Positions 26,195 through 36,111 are shown, counted from the stretch's first letter. The stretch is 64,000 bases of DNA from Candidatus Apopatosoma intestinale (GCA_003524145.1 DODZ01000006.1:3234-67233), one strand, 5' to 3'. Numbers and translations are program-made. The notes: generated from the sequence alone by a model not told the origin.

Positions 26195-27202
26195 ATGAGC
26201 AAGGTTATCGTGCCGAAGGGATATAAAGCGACTCTCGGGCTTTATGACACGCAGACGGCAATAGGTATGTTAAAACGAATTTTTGAGGAGAGGCTTTGTA
26301 ATGTTCTGAATTTGAAGCGTGTTTCCGCGCCGCTTTTCGTAGATCCGGAGACAGGACTCAACGATGACCTGAACGGCATTGAGCGCCCTGTGCGCTTTGA
26401 CATCAAGGATACGGGAAAAGATGCCGTGGTAGTTCATTCCCTCGCAAAATGGAAGCGCATGGCACTTGGCGTTTACTGCTTCCATGAGGGTGAAGGTCTC
26501 TATACGGATATGAATGCAATCCGCCGTGATGAAGAGCTGGACAATCTTCATTCCATATATACCGACCAGTGGGACTGGGAGAAGATAATCACACCCGAAA
26601 CAAGGACCGTCACTTATCTCAAAAATACAGTGAAGGGGATAGTCGGGGCTATATGCGACACGCTTGATATGCTTAAGGTAAGATATCCGCAGATAACAGT
26701 CGAGCTTGAGCGTATCGTCAGCTTTGTCACTACTCAGGAGCTGGAGGATATGTACCCCGACCTCACACCGAAGGAGAGGGAAAACGAATATCTTCGCAAG
26801 CATAAGACAGCATTTATCATGCAGATAGGCGACAAGCTGAAATCAGGCAAGCCGCACGACGGAAGAGCACCCGACTATGATGACTGGAAGCTCAACGGAG
26901 ATATCCTCTTTTGGAATGATATTCTCGGCTGTGCTTTTGAGATTTCTTCTATGGGTATACGCGTAGACCCCGAGGCAATGGACAGGCAGCTAAGTGCCGC
27001 AGGCGCGGACGACAGGAGAAAGCTTCCTTTCCACAGTGCGCTTCTGGCAGGCAAGCTCCCGCTTACCATGGGCGGAGGCATAGGTCAGTCGCGTCTCTCC
27101 ATGCTCCTGCTCGGTAAGGCGCATATAGGCGAGGTTCAGGTTTCGCTCTGGGATGATGAAACGAGAAAAATCTGCGCCGAAAACGGAATTATCCTGCTTT
27201 GA
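26195..27202 (+). CDS. asnA: aspartate--ammonia ligase (asparagine synthetase A)
   Basis: 335 aa with class-II aaRS-like AsnA hallmarks (RVSAPLFV, DQWDWEKII, FEISSMGIRVD, GGGIGQSRL). Confidence 0.9.
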   Translation: MSKVIVPKGYKATLGLYDTQTAIGMLKRIFEERLCNVLNLKRVSAPLFVDPETGLNDDLNGIERPVRFDIKDTGKDAVVVHSLAKWKRMALGVYCFHEGEGLYTDMNAIRRDEELDNLHSIYTDQWDWEKIITPETRTVTYLKNTVKGIVGAICDTLDMLKVRYPQITVELERIVSFVTTQELEDMYPDLTPKERENEYLRKHKTAFIMQIGDKLKSGKPHDGRAPDYDDWKLNGDILFWNDILGCAFEISSMGIRVDPEAMDRQLSAAGADDRRKLPFHSALLAGKLPLTMGGGIGQSRLSMLLLGKAHIGEVQVSLWDDETRKICAENGIILL

Positions 27203-27299
27203 TTTTTCCGATTTGTCAACTACTGCAAAGGTTCCTTCGGCTGATAAGAGTCAAACGAAAACAGAAGCAAGGAAACACTGTTTGATTGATATATAAGAA

Positions 27300-27328
27300 A
27301 GTCGGGCTGCAATCGCCCGACTTTTTTG
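27300..27328 (+). terminator. asnA intrinsic terminator
   Basis: AGUCGGGC-UGCAAUC-GCCCGACU followed by UUUUUU. Confidence 0.8.
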
Positions 27329-27344
27329 CGATTTGGCAAAGATA

Positions 27345-27373
27345 TTGACAAGCAACGTTTTTTAGTGTATAAT
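27345..27373 (+). promoter_or_regulatory. sigma-A-type promoter of the TetR operon
   Basis: TTGACA, 17-nt spacer, TATAAT with upstream TG. An inverted TATAACA...TGTTATA follows downstream and may be an operator. Confidence 0.5.
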
Positions 27374-27419
27374 AACACTGCGTTATACATAACCATTTGT
27401 TATATAGGAGAGAGAAAAT

Positions 27420-28025
27420 ATGCCGGCGATAAAAAAGGTTTCGAGAGAGGATATTATAGATGCGGCTGTGGAAGTTTTGCGCGAGGGGGGATTTTCCGCT
27501 GTGAATGCGAGAAGCGTGGCGCAGAAGCTCGGCTGTTCCACCCAGCCTATTTATTTTTCTTTTCAAAATATGTCTGAATTAAAGCTGGCGCTGACTGAAC
27601 GCGCCATAGAAATGCACAAAAAGCGCGTAAGTGATTCTTTACGGGCATGCGAGGGGACAGACACCAGATACAGCAGCTACGGCATGGGATTTGTCAGATT
27701 TGCGGCTGAGGAAAAGCAGCTTTTCCGCTGGCTTTATATCGATGGCGGGCATACAAGCCCTTATAAGAGCGATGTGCTTTATGATGAGATAATCGATGTG
27801 ATAGTCGAGGATTTCGGATACGACAGAAAAACCGCGGAAAAATTCCATCGCGATATGCTGTATTATTCTTACGGCTTGGCGATTCTTGCCAATATCGGGC
27901 ATCTTGATCTTACGGACAATGAGCTTCGCGAAGCGTTTCGGCGCGAGTTCCGTGCGCTAAGTTCGCTTTACGGCAAGACGCCAAAATCTCCGGAATTTGC
28001 CATGAAAGCAGAGCTTACACTATGA
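27420..28025 (+). CDS. TetR/AcrR-family transcriptional regulator
   Basis: N-terminal HTH FSAVNARSVAQKLGCSTQPIYFSFQNM. 201 aa. Confidence 0.85.
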   Translation: MPAIKKVSREDIIDAAVEVLREGGFSAVNARSVAQKLGCSTQPIYFSFQNMSELKLALTERAIEMHKKRVSDSLRACEGTDTRYSSYGMGFVRFAAEEKQLFRWLYIDGGHTSPYKSDVLYDEIIDVIVEDFGYDRKTAEKFHRDMLYYSYGLAILANIGHLDLTDNELREAFRREFRALSSLYGKTPKSPEFAMKAELTL

Positions 28026-28483
28026 ATCTGAAGCTGTCTTTTTCATGGGTGGGGCTTGTGATTTTTGCTCTCCCCATGCTCATCAATATCGCCTATGCGA
28101 TTTTTCCGCCCGCAGGTGAAGCGGCGTCGGCTAAAAGTTCGGCGCGGTGGCTTGAGACTGTTGAGGGGGTCAGCCGAATCGCATATCTTATCGTGCTTAC
28201 ATTTCTCGTCGGCGAAAAACCGCTTGATTTGAAAAGCGCATGGTTTTATATTTCCATAGCTTTTCTTGTGCTTTATTATATCGCGTGGATTCGCTATTTT
28301 GCGTGCGGGCGCGATACGGCACTCCTTGGAAAAGCGTTTCTTTTCGTGCCGATGCCGCTTGCTGTTTTTCCCGTGATGTATTTCCTCTGCGCCGCGATAT
28401 GGATGCACAATCTTCCCGCAGCAATCGTAATGGTCATATTCGGCGCGGCGCATATAACCGTATCTGCTCGGTCGTTTCGGTGA
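28022..28483 (+). CDS. small polytopic membrane protein, unknown function
   Basis: 153 aa, about 4 TM helices. Its ATG overlaps the TetR stop (ATGA). Confidence 0.6.
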   Translation: MNLKLSFSWVGLVIFALPMLINIAYAIFPPAGEAASAKSSARWLETVEGVSRIAYLIVLTFLVGEKPLDLKSAWFYISIAFLVLYYIAWIRYFACGRDTALLGKAFLFVPMPLAVFPVMYFLCAAIWMHNLPAAIVMVIFGAAHITVSARSFR

Positions 28484-28513
28484 TTTTTTTGATTCACGAC
28501 AAGGAGAATTAAA

Positions 28514-29140
28514 ATGAATAAGATTTATCCGCGCACGGGTGACAGGCAGATAGTATATCTGCGCGATGTCATCACAAACCCGAATATCGAGGTCGGCGAA
28601 TACACCATATACAATGATTTCGTCCATGACCCGCGGGATTTTGAAAAGAACAATGTGCTTTACCATTATCCGATAAACGGCGACAAGCTGAAAATAGGGA
28701 AGTTTTGCTCGATAGCATGCGGCGCAAAGTTTCTTTTCACAAGCGGAAATCATTCGATGAAGTCGCTCTCCACATATACATTTCCAATATTTTTTGACGA
28801 ATGGGAGCTTGATAAAAAGGACATATGCATGGCTTGGGACAACAAGGGAGATACCGTCATCGGAAACGATGTCTGGATAGGCTATGAAGCGGTCATTATG
28901 TCGGGCGTGAAGATAGGCGACGGAGCAATCATCGGTACGCGCGCCGTGGTGACAAAGGATGTGCCGCCTTATACAATCGTCGGCGGAGTGCCCGCAAAGC
29001 CGATACGAAAGCGTTTTGACGATGCGACGATAGAAAAACTTGAAGCCATTTGCTGGTGGAATTGGGGCGAAGAAAAAATAAAGCGCAATATCGCGGCAAT
29101 TCAGTCGGGAGATATCGCGGCTCTTGAAAATGCAAACTGA
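28514..29140 (+). CDS. Vat-family xenobiotic (streptogramin A-type) O-acetyltransferase
   Basis: Hexapeptide-repeat enzyme collinear with VatD: [26 protein letters not shown] (catalytic His region), [30 protein letters not shown]. Confidence 0.8.
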   Translation: MNKIYPRTGDRQIVYLRDVITNPNIEVGEYTIYNDFVHDPRDFEKNNVLYHYPINGDKLKIGKFCSIACGAKFLFTSGNHSMKSLSTYTFPIFFDEWELDKKDICMAWDNKGDTVIGNDVWIGYEAVIMSGVKIGDGAIIGTRAVVTKDVPPYTIVGGVPAKPIRKRFDDATIEKLEAICWWNWGEEKIKRNIAAIQSGDIAALENAN

Positions 29141-29160
29141 TAAAAGCATGGCAGAATAAG

Positions 29161-29204
29161 ATAACCCTGCATAAGGCAATGTCGCCTTATGCAGGGTTAT
29201 TTTC
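29161..29204. terminator. bidirectional terminator with a perfect 17-bp stem
   Basis: AUAACCCUGCAUAAGGC-AAUGUC-GCCUUAUGCAGGGUUAU followed by UUUU. Lies between convergent vat and hydrogenase genes. Confidence 0.85.
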
Positions 29205-29225
29205 ATATAGTTTTATTCTGCTCGA

Positions 29226-30653
29226 TTATTTCAGAACAGAGATTGCATCCTTAATGGTTTTTTCAAGAGCCTCTTTGCCGTATTTATCCACCTCGGCTTT
29301 ATTCTTTTCGCCATGGGTGAGACATCCCGCGCCGCCGATACATCCGCCGACGCACGCCATGCCCTCGATAAAGTTGGCTTGCAGTTTGCCTGCTTTCTTT
29401 TGCAGAAGAGCTATTCTGCATTGCTCTATTCCGTCACATGAACAGGGCTTCAAAACAAATTCGATATTCTGCTCTTTTAAGCCCTCAGCTACAGCATCGG
29501 CAAGTCCGCCGCAACGAGCAAAGATTCTGCCGAAGTATGAAGCATTGTCAAGCACGCCCTCTTCAAGCGTTGTGATATCGATTTCTTTACTGTCAAAGAG
29601 CGCCTGAAGCTCTTCAAATGTCAGAACAGCATCAACATATGGCTTGACGCTCTCTTTCTGAACTTCCATTTTCTTTGCAGTGCAGGGACCGATGAACACC
29701 GTCTTGCAGTTTTCTTCATGCTCTTTCAGATATTTCGCTATCGTCGCCATAGGCGAGAGGTTATGTGAAACAAACTGTGCCAAATCGGGGAAGCTTTTCT
29801 CTATATAATCGACAAAGGCAGGGCAGCAGGAGCTTGTCAGAAATCCCTTTTCGGCAAGTTCCTTTGACTCGGCCTGTGCTACCATATCGGCACCGAGCGC
29901 TGCTTCAATAACCGTATGGAAGCCGAGTTTGCGCAGTCCGGTGATAACCTGACCGAGCTTGGCATAATTAAACTGGCTGGAGATAGAAGGCGCCACAATA
30001 GCGTATATTTTATAATTCTGATTGCCATGGCTGCCCTTCAGCATATCTATAACATTCAGAATAAACGATTTATCACTGATGGCACCGAACGGACATGTAT
30101 ATACGCATGCGCCGCACGAAATGCACTTGTCATTATTGATGCAAGCCTGCTTGTCCTCACCCATATAGATAGCCTTGACCTTGCAGGCAGTCTCGCAGGG
30201 GCGCTGATAGTTATGAATAGCACTGTAGGGGCAGACCTTGGAGCAGGCACCGCACTCCTTACACTTTGTCTTGTCGATATGTGCGACATGATTTTCATCA
30301 AACGAGATTGCACCGAAACGGCATACATCCTCACAACGGTGAGCAAGGCAACCGCGGCAGGCATTTGTAACTTCGTAGCCGCCCATAGGACATTCGTCAC
30401 AGGCGATATCAATAACCTCTATGACATTCGGATTTTTCTTATTTCCGCCCATGGCAAGCTTTACGCGCTCATTTACTATCGCTCTTTCCTTATAGACACA
30501 GCAACGCATTGTCGGAACCTTGCCGGGCACGATTGTCATCGGGATATCAAGCAGATTATCCTGCAGGGTATCTGCCCATGCCTGCTTTGCTACCTCGCGC
30601 AAGACTTTATACTTAAGGTGCTGTACTTTTGTATCAAATTTTCTCATAAACAA
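29226..30653 (-). CDS. [FeFe]-hydrogenase catalytic subunit-like protein with N-terminal ferredoxin-type clusters
   Basis: H-cluster motifs TSSCCPAFV, GPCTAKKME and EGMACVGGCIGGAG. CxxCxxCxxxCP motifs (CKECGACSKVCP, CISCGACVYTCP). Confidence 0.85.
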   Translation of the reverse strand: MFMRKFDTKVQHLKYKVLREVAKQAWADTLQDNLLDIPMTIVPGKVPTMRCCVYKERAIVNERVKLAMGGNKKNPNVIEVIDIACDECPMGGYEVTNACRGCLAHRCEDVCRFGAISFDENHVAHIDKTKCKECGACSKVCPYSAIHNYQRPCETACKVKAIYMGEDKQACINNDKCISCGACVYTCPFGAISDKSFILNVIDMLKGSHGNQNYKIYAIVAPSISSQFNYAKLGQVITGLRKLGFHTVIEAALGADMVAQAESKELAEKGFLTSSCCPAFVDYIEKSFPDLAQFVSHNLSPMATIAKYLKEHEENCKTVFIGPCTAKKMEVQKESVKPYVDAVLTFEELQALFDSKEIDITTLEEGVLDNASYFGRIFARCGGLADAVAEGLKEQNIEFVLKPCSCDGIEQCRIALLQKKAGKLQANFIEGMACVGGCIGGAGCLTHGEKNKAEVDKYGKEALEKTIKDAISVLK

Positions 30654-30659
30654 CTCCCA

Positions 30660-31841
30660 TCAGAAATAGCTGACCTTTATATGCTTTCCCATTTGCTTGA
30701 GACAAGCGGACAACTCTTCCACAAGATTCATTTTTATATTAAAGTTTATCGGCAGATCCGGATTCTGATGTGCCGGATTTACAGCGCGGCCGACATAGAA
30801 ATTTATATCAGTCGCCTCTTCAAAAAGCATACGGCAGATAAGCGACGCGCCATCGTGTCCATAGCTCCATTTTTCATAGAGCTTATTTTCGCCTATTGCA
30901 TCCTTGGCATATTCCACAACGCGGTTTACTGTGATGACGCCTTCCGTAACGAGGTCTACGCCTTCAATCTTTGCAATCGGAGGGATATCGGAACGCACGA
31001 AGCTTATATCCGCCTCAACCTTTTTGCCGAGATATTTTGCGGCGATTGACGATGTTGTGCCGCCGCAAACAATATGCTTGCCTTCCTTGGCGAAAAAAAG
31101 AGACATCATGCGGTTGCAGTCATCGCGGTCTCGCGGCGGACCGAAGAGAATATTCATCGGCACACGCTTACGTATTCTTATAACGCAGGCTGTGGCATCG
31201 TCGCCGGGGCGACCGCCGTAAAGCTTGTTCGCTTCATCTATGAGAATCGTCGACAGCGTTTTTGCCGTATAGCCGCCTGCCGCTGCCGCTTCCATAAATT
31301 CGATTATATCCTCGCGCTTCCATCCGAAGTTATATGCCAGTCCTATTCCGGCATGAGGACAACCATCGCTCATGGCTATAAATATATCGTCCTCCTGCAG
31401 CTTGATGACTGAACGATAAATTTTCTTGCCGCCGATGCTCATTTCCGTTTTGGGATAGTCGTAATTCTTGCCGTCACGAAGCAGAATAGTGAGAGGATTA
31501 TCATATTGTATCAGCTCCATATCGCGGTTTTCGACGAGTCTCATAATGGTGAATGTGGAATATGCGACACCTCTCACGGAGCATATCGGAAGCGTCTGCG
31601 CGATGGTTTCGACACAGTCGGTAAGCGAAAGTCCTTCCGCTACCATTGTGGAGATGATTTTGCTCGTCAGAGTGGAAAGAATACTCGCCTTGACGCCGCT
31701 TCCGAGTCCGTCTGCCAACACTACGACAGAGGAATCGTCATCCGGCTCAAGAATATCGACATGGTCTCCGCAAAGCTGCTCGCCTATATGGTTGATGCTT
31801 TTATAGCCGATATCGGCACAAAGATCATTCATCGGAAACAC
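30660..31841 (-). CDS. PP2C/SpoIIE-family protein phosphatase with an extra C-terminal domain of about 190 aa
   Basis: N-terminal GDHVDILE...VVLADGLGSGVKAS...IAMSDG pattern of SpoIIE-type PP2C. Its start overlaps the HydS-like stop by 17 nt. Confidence 0.75.
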   Translation of the reverse strand: MFPMNDLCADIGYKSINHIGEQLCGDHVDILEPDDDSSVVVLADGLGSGVKASILSTLTSKIISTMVAEGLSLTDCVETIAQTLPICSVRGVAYSTFTIMRLVENRDMELIQYDNPLTILLRDGKNYDYPKTEMSIGGKKIYRSVIKLQEDDIFIAMSDGCPHAGIGLAYNFGWKREDIIEFMEAAAAGGYTAKTLSTILIDEANKLYGGRPGDDATACVIRIRKRVPMNILFGPPRDRDDCNRMMSLFFAKEGKHIVCGGTTSSIAAKYLGKKVEADISFVRSDIPPIAKIEGVDLVTEGVITVNRVVEYAKDAIGENKLYEKWSYGHDGASLICRMLFEEATDINFYVGRAVNPAHQNPDLPINFNIKMNLVEELSACLKQMGKHIKVSYF

Positions 31842-33501
31842 TCTCTTTCAGCTTGGTAAGGGCAATCTTTGTTTCCGCGGCGGTTTCGCCGAGAAGCGAT
31901 GCTATTTCCTGAACGATACGCATCTGCTTATCCACGACCTTATCCGCGGTTTCTACCGTCTGATTGCGCTGTTTCTCGCGCTTTTCACGCTCTTTTTCTT
32001 CATCGGTGACATCTCTCATGATGCAGAGAAGCATATGATATGTACCGTCGTAAATAACGGTCTCTTCCACGTATCTGTCATACTCGGCAAGGTATGTTCT
32101 GCGGTTGCGGATGCTCTGCTTGCTCTCGAGAACCTCGAGAAAAGGCTTCGGCTCCAGTATACGCACCACCTGATCACCGAGAATATCTGATGCGTGGCGT
32201 ATATTGAGAATCTTCAGCGCGGCAGGATTTATCTGCTGAACCTCCAGCGCGTCATTGACAACGATAAGTGCGTTCGGAGTATTGGAAACGATGCAGTCGG
32301 AGAAGCTCTCGGCTTTTTCCTTGAGATAGGGCAGGCACATGGAGATTTCCGCCTTTCCGTGATAGATGGCTATTGCCTTTTCACGACAGGTATCATAACC
32401 GCAGGAACCGCAGTTAAGCTCATCCTCCGGTCGATTTTTGCCCATTTTTTTGAGAATTGCTTTGATTTCCTCTTCCGAGGGAATGCCGTTTCTGAGCCCG
32501 ATAGGCTCAAAGCGCTTTTTAAGTTCAAGCATATCGGGCTGCTCGATATCGAAATCTTCTTTGCCGGCGTAGTCTGCAACAGACCGGTAATCGCCCACGG
32601 GAGAGCGGTGATATCTCTCCATGGCAGGTCCGCCGATACAGCTGCCTGCGCATGCAGACATCTCGATAAAGCATTTATGAACATTACCGCCCTCGATTTC
32701 CCTGAGTGCGGAAATGCAGTTTTCAACGCCGTCTACGGCAAGATATGTATATCCGGGTGCATTCTGTGCCATCGTCTTGAGGATGCCTCCCGTTGTAGGA
32801 AAGAAGCGTGCGCGGCTATGCTCGGTTTCGTCCATATCGGGTTCAAGCTCGATATGCTCGGACTTCAGCCAAGTCGTTAGCTCTTCGTAAGCCAGCACGG
32901 CGTCCACAATGCCTTCATAATGGTCGGCTTCGTCCTTCTTTGCGACGCAAGGACCGATAAAAACGGTTTTTGCTTCCGGATTTTTCTTTTTTATCTCTGT
33001 GCAATGCGCCTGCATCGGTGACATTATGTCGGCAAGGCAGGGAAGAAGCGATGGAAAATATTTCTGAATAAGAAGATTGATTGAGTGGCAGCATGATGAT
33101 ATGACAACATCATGGCAGTCCTCCTTTAGCATTCTTTCATATTCTGTTTTTACTATCGATGCGCCGATAGCAGTCTCCTCAGCGTCGGCAAAGCCGAGCT
33201 TTTTGAGCGCTTTTCTCATACCCTCAATGCCTATGCCGGGATAATTTGCAATAAACGACGGAGCAAGGCTGGCATATACAGGCGATCCCGACTGGATAAG
33301 TACCTTGACCTTTTCGGTCTCGTCTACAATCTGCTTGGCATTCTGCGGGCAGACGACAAGGCAATGACCGCAGAGAATACATTCGTTTCCGATGATATGA
33401 GCCTGATTTCCGGAGAAGCGAATGGACTTTACAGGGCAGTGACGAATGCACTTATAGCAGTTTTTGCAATTTGATTTTTTCAGTGTCAGACATTCAGACA
33501 A
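31825..33501 (-). CDS. sensory-type [FeFe]-hydrogenase homolog (HydS-like, H-cluster domain plus C-terminal PAS-like region)
   Basis: Two CxxCxxCxxxCP motifs. Variant H-cluster motifs SSCCHS, GPCVAKKDE and EMSACAGSCIGGP. An extra CGSCGYDTC...C cluster is followed by a sensor-like domain of about 150 aa. Confidence 0.8.
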   Translation of the reverse strand: MSECLTLKKSNCKNCYKCIRHCPVKSIRFSGNQAHIIGNECILCGHCLVVCPQNAKQIVDETEKVKVLIQSGSPVYASLAPSFIANYPGIGIEGMRKALKKLGFADAEETAIGASIVKTEYERMLKEDCHDVVISSCCHSINLLIQKYFPSLLPCLADIMSPMQAHCTEIKKKNPEAKTVFIGPCVAKKDEADHYEGIVDAVLAYEELTTWLKSEHIELEPDMDETEHSRARFFPTTGGILKTMAQNAPGYTYLAVDGVENCISALREIEGGNVHKCFIEMSACAGSCIGGPAMERYHRSPVGDYRSVADYAGKEDFDIEQPDMLELKKRFEPIGLRNGIPSEEEIKAILKKMGKNRPEDELNCGSCGYDTCREKAIAIYHGKAEISMCLPYLKEKAESFSDCIVSNTPNALIVVNDALEVQQINPAALKILNIRHASDILGDQVVRILEPKPFLEVLESKQSIRNRRTYLAEYDRYVEETVIYDGTYHMLLCIMRDVTDEEKEREKREKQRNQTVETADKVVDKQMRIVQEIASLLGETAAETKIALTKLKESVSDE

Positions 33502-33503
33502 GG

Positions 33504-33770
33504 TTATTCCTCCTTTGCTTTTTGAACGGCGGGCATAATTGTCTTATCCCAAAATTCGCTGAAGCTCTCCGGCGTGATTCCGGTGAAAACTTCATCTCCG
33601 ACAGTGACAGTAACGCCGATGCGGTTGCACCGACCTGAGCAGAACGCTCCTGTCAATACGATTTCATCTCCCAAATTGTTTTTTTCTATTTTTTCCTGAA
33701 GCAGCTCAACAATTCGCGGTGCGCCCTTGAGATGACATGAGCTGCCGACGCATACCTCGATAAATATCAT
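33504..33770 (-). CDS. thioredoxin-like [2Fe-2S] ferredoxin-domain protein
   Basis: 88 aa with the Cx4C...Cx3C pattern (CVGSSCHLKG ... FCSGRCN) seen in NuoE/HydC-type domains. Confidence 0.7.
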   Translation of the reverse strand: MIFIEVCVGSSCHLKGAPRIVELLQEKIEKNNLGDEIVLTGAFCSGRCNRIGVTVTVGDEVFTGITPESFSEFWDKTIMPAVQKAKEE

Positions 33771-33772
33771 GA

Positions 33773-34012
33773 TTATACCTTCGCTTTGATTTCTTTGTCA
33801 AAGAAATCCTTGACTGTTTCGGGTGTTACGGAGAAGAACTCGCCGTCAACCGTAACGCAGACGCCGAGCTGGCATTTGCCCATGCAGAATGTTCCGCCGA
33901 GCTCAACCTTATCGCCGAGTCCCGCCTCGCTTATATAGTACTGGAGTCCCTCCACTACCTGACGGGAACCTTTGATGTGACATGAGGAACCGATGCAAAC
34001 TGTTACTTTCAT
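33773..34012 (-). CDS. thioredoxin-like [2Fe-2S] ferredoxin-domain protein (paralog of the preceding gene)
   Basis: 79 aa, CIGSSCHIKG ... FCMGKCQ. Lies 2 nt from the next gene. Confidence 0.7.
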   Translation of the reverse strand: MKVTVCIGSSCHIKGSRQVVEGLQYYISEAGLGDKVELGGTFCMGKCQLGVCVTVDGEFFSVTPETVKDFFDKEIKAKV

Positions 34013-34033
34013 TTTAAAATCTTCCTTTCAATG

Positions 34034-34783
34034 TTATTCATAATCAACGACATTCACCCAGCTGTGGAGGAATTCGCGTTCTTTTTCGTTGCCTTTTACT
34101 GTCTGTGAAGCGGCGACTATCGGCATCCACTTCTGAATATATTTCTTTTCTATACAGCTCTTTGCACAGAAAAGTTCGAGATATTTTTCGGCGCCGTTTA
34201 TGTCGCCGTTCAGCCAGAAGAGCAGATATGTTCTTGCCGCGTCTGCCGAACCGTTGCCCTGTGTCGCATGCGACCAGTCGAGGATATACGGCGCTCCGCC
34301 ATCGGAAATGATGATATTTGACGGATTGAAGTCGCCGTGGCAGAGCTTGCTGTGCTTCGGCATATCGTCGAGCCTTGTATAAAGCTCATAACGCGTTGTC
34401 GCGTCGAAATCCGTCTGCGAAATTTTTCTGCTCATCTTGTCGCGCAGCTTTGTGAGAAGAGGACAGCGCTTGGACTGAACTTCAATTTGCAGATTTACAA
34501 AAAATTCAAGATATTCGTCTTTCTTTTCGGGGTTCTCAAGCATAAGCTGCGAGAGAGTTTTCCCTTTGATATAGTCGGTGACAATAGTCCATTTGCCGTC
34601 CATAAGCGTCACCTCATGAACCTTCGGAATATTTAGCCCCGTTTCTTCGACTCTTGCCTGATTAAGTGCTTCGCTCAGAACATCGGCTTTGGAATACGAC
34701 GCATCAAATACCTTCATGCAGAGATCGCCGTCGCGGTATACCGTCTTGTTGTTTCTGACCGCAATTATTCTATCGAGATTCAT
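34034..34783 (-). CDS. APH/choline-kinase-fold phosphotransferase (protein-kinase-like superfamily)
   Basis: Catalytic loop HGDFNPSNIII and metal-binding ILDWSH. 249 aa. First gene of the hydrogenase-sensor operon, 21 nt before the next ORF. Confidence 0.75.
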   Translation of the reverse strand: MNLDRIIAVRNNKTVYRDGDLCMKVFDASYSKADVLSEALNQARVEETGLNIPKVHEVTLMDGKWTIVTDYIKGKTLSQLMLENPEKKDEYLEFFVNLQIEVQSKRCPLLTKLRDKMSRKISQTDFDATTRYELYTRLDDMPKHSKLCHGDFNPSNIIISDGGAPYILDWSHATQGNGSADAARTYLLFWLNGDINGAEKYLELFCAKSCIEKKYIQKWMPIVAASQTVKGNEKEREFLHSWVNVVDYE

Positions 34784-35033
34784 TATTTATCCATTTTCCT
34801 CCTTGCAACCTTATCCATGCGCTTTTGCATGAATACCGGAAAATATGTATATTAGTTATTATTTTATCAATTATAGAATACAACAGCGTAGAAAAAAAGG
34901 GAAGTGCAGTTTTTATATATCGGTATGGTATTTATCGATATAACCATGAACGAAATAAAGATCCGAGGTTTCGACGGGCGTATTCGGCTTGCCGCCCGCG
35001 GCTACAAGATGTGACGGAGGCGTGACGGCAGGC

Positions 35034-35963
35034 TCATCTTCCCGCAAAAAGCTCGCGCTTGACACGGCAGAGCTCGGTTAAAAAAGCTCGGTCAAGCTCT
35101 GTAAGGTGATAGTCTTTTTTGTATATGATAAGATCCTTATAAACTTTATGATTTTCCGAGCAGTTTTTCTGTACGAGACCGAAGCGGCGGAGAAGCGACT
35201 GCGGAATCGGAGAAGCCCACATAAATGTATTCGGATTTTTGGAGAGCAATTCGAACTGACTTGCCCGCTCGAAAACAAAAATTCTTTTTTCCATTTCGGG
35301 CAATTCTTCTTTTTTTACCTCGGATAGAGGAAGCGACGGGACATATGGGTCGGCATGGGCTATCTCGACAAGCTCGGAAAGATCGGAAAATCCTATATCA
35401 TCAAGAGAGGCAAGCGGAGAATTTTCGCTTGTCACAAGCACATAGCGAAATTCGGTCACAAGCTCGCAGGAAAGTCCCTTGCTGTCCATCATATCCTTGT
35501 AGTATTTGTCATATTGCTCGGCATATCGTATGATGCCGAGCGAATAATCGGACTCGAGAATGTTTTTTATGGCGCGCAAAGCATTTGTTTCCTTGTAGAA
35601 GATTTCAAACCCGCCGCCTGTCGGCAGACTCGCTGAAAAGGAGGAAAACGCATCGCTTATATAGCTTGCTCTCGGGACAGAAATTGAGAATTTTTTCTTT
35701 TCCGAATATCCGCGGCGAAACATATTTTCCACGGTATCGACCTGTTTGAGAATGCTTTCCGCATATTTCAGAAACTCCTCGCCCTCCGGCGTGACCCGCA
35801 TTCCTTTCGGAGAGCGTGCGAAGATATTTACGCCGAGAGATGCCTCCAGCTCCTTGATGCAACGGCTGAGGTTCGGCTGATCCATATACAGCTTCTCGGC
35901 GGCTTTATTGATGGAGCCGCTGGCGGCAACCTCGACCGCATATTTGAAATACAGTAAGTTCAT
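35034..35963 (-). CDS. LysR-family transcriptional regulator
   Basis: N-terminal wHTH FKYAVEVAASGSINKAAEKLYMDQPNLSRCIKELE. 309 aa. Confidence 0.85.
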   Translation of the reverse strand: MNLLYFKYAVEVAASGSINKAAEKLYMDQPNLSRCIKELEASLGVNIFARSPKGMRVTPEGEEFLKYAESILKQVDTVENMFRRGYSEKKKFSISVPRASYISDAFSSFSASLPTGGGFEIFYKETNALRAIKNILESDYSLGIIRYAEQYDKYYKDMMDSKGLSCELVTEFRYVLVTSENSPLASLDDIGFSDLSELVEIAHADPYVPSLPLSEVKKEELPEMEKRIFVFERASQFELLSKNPNTFMWASPIPQSLLRRFGLVQKNCSENHKVYKDLIIYKKDYHLTELDRAFLTELCRVKRELFAGR

Positions 35964-36111
35964 TTTTTCTCCCCTTATCCGAAATGTGACGGTATCTTAT
36001 AAAGTACATTAGAATTATATCAAAAAATAGCTGTTTTGTCAACCGAATTTGCAAAATGCGGCGTTGTTTTTCGGGTGCAAATATATGCATGGCGCACAGA
36101 ATTTTCATGTG

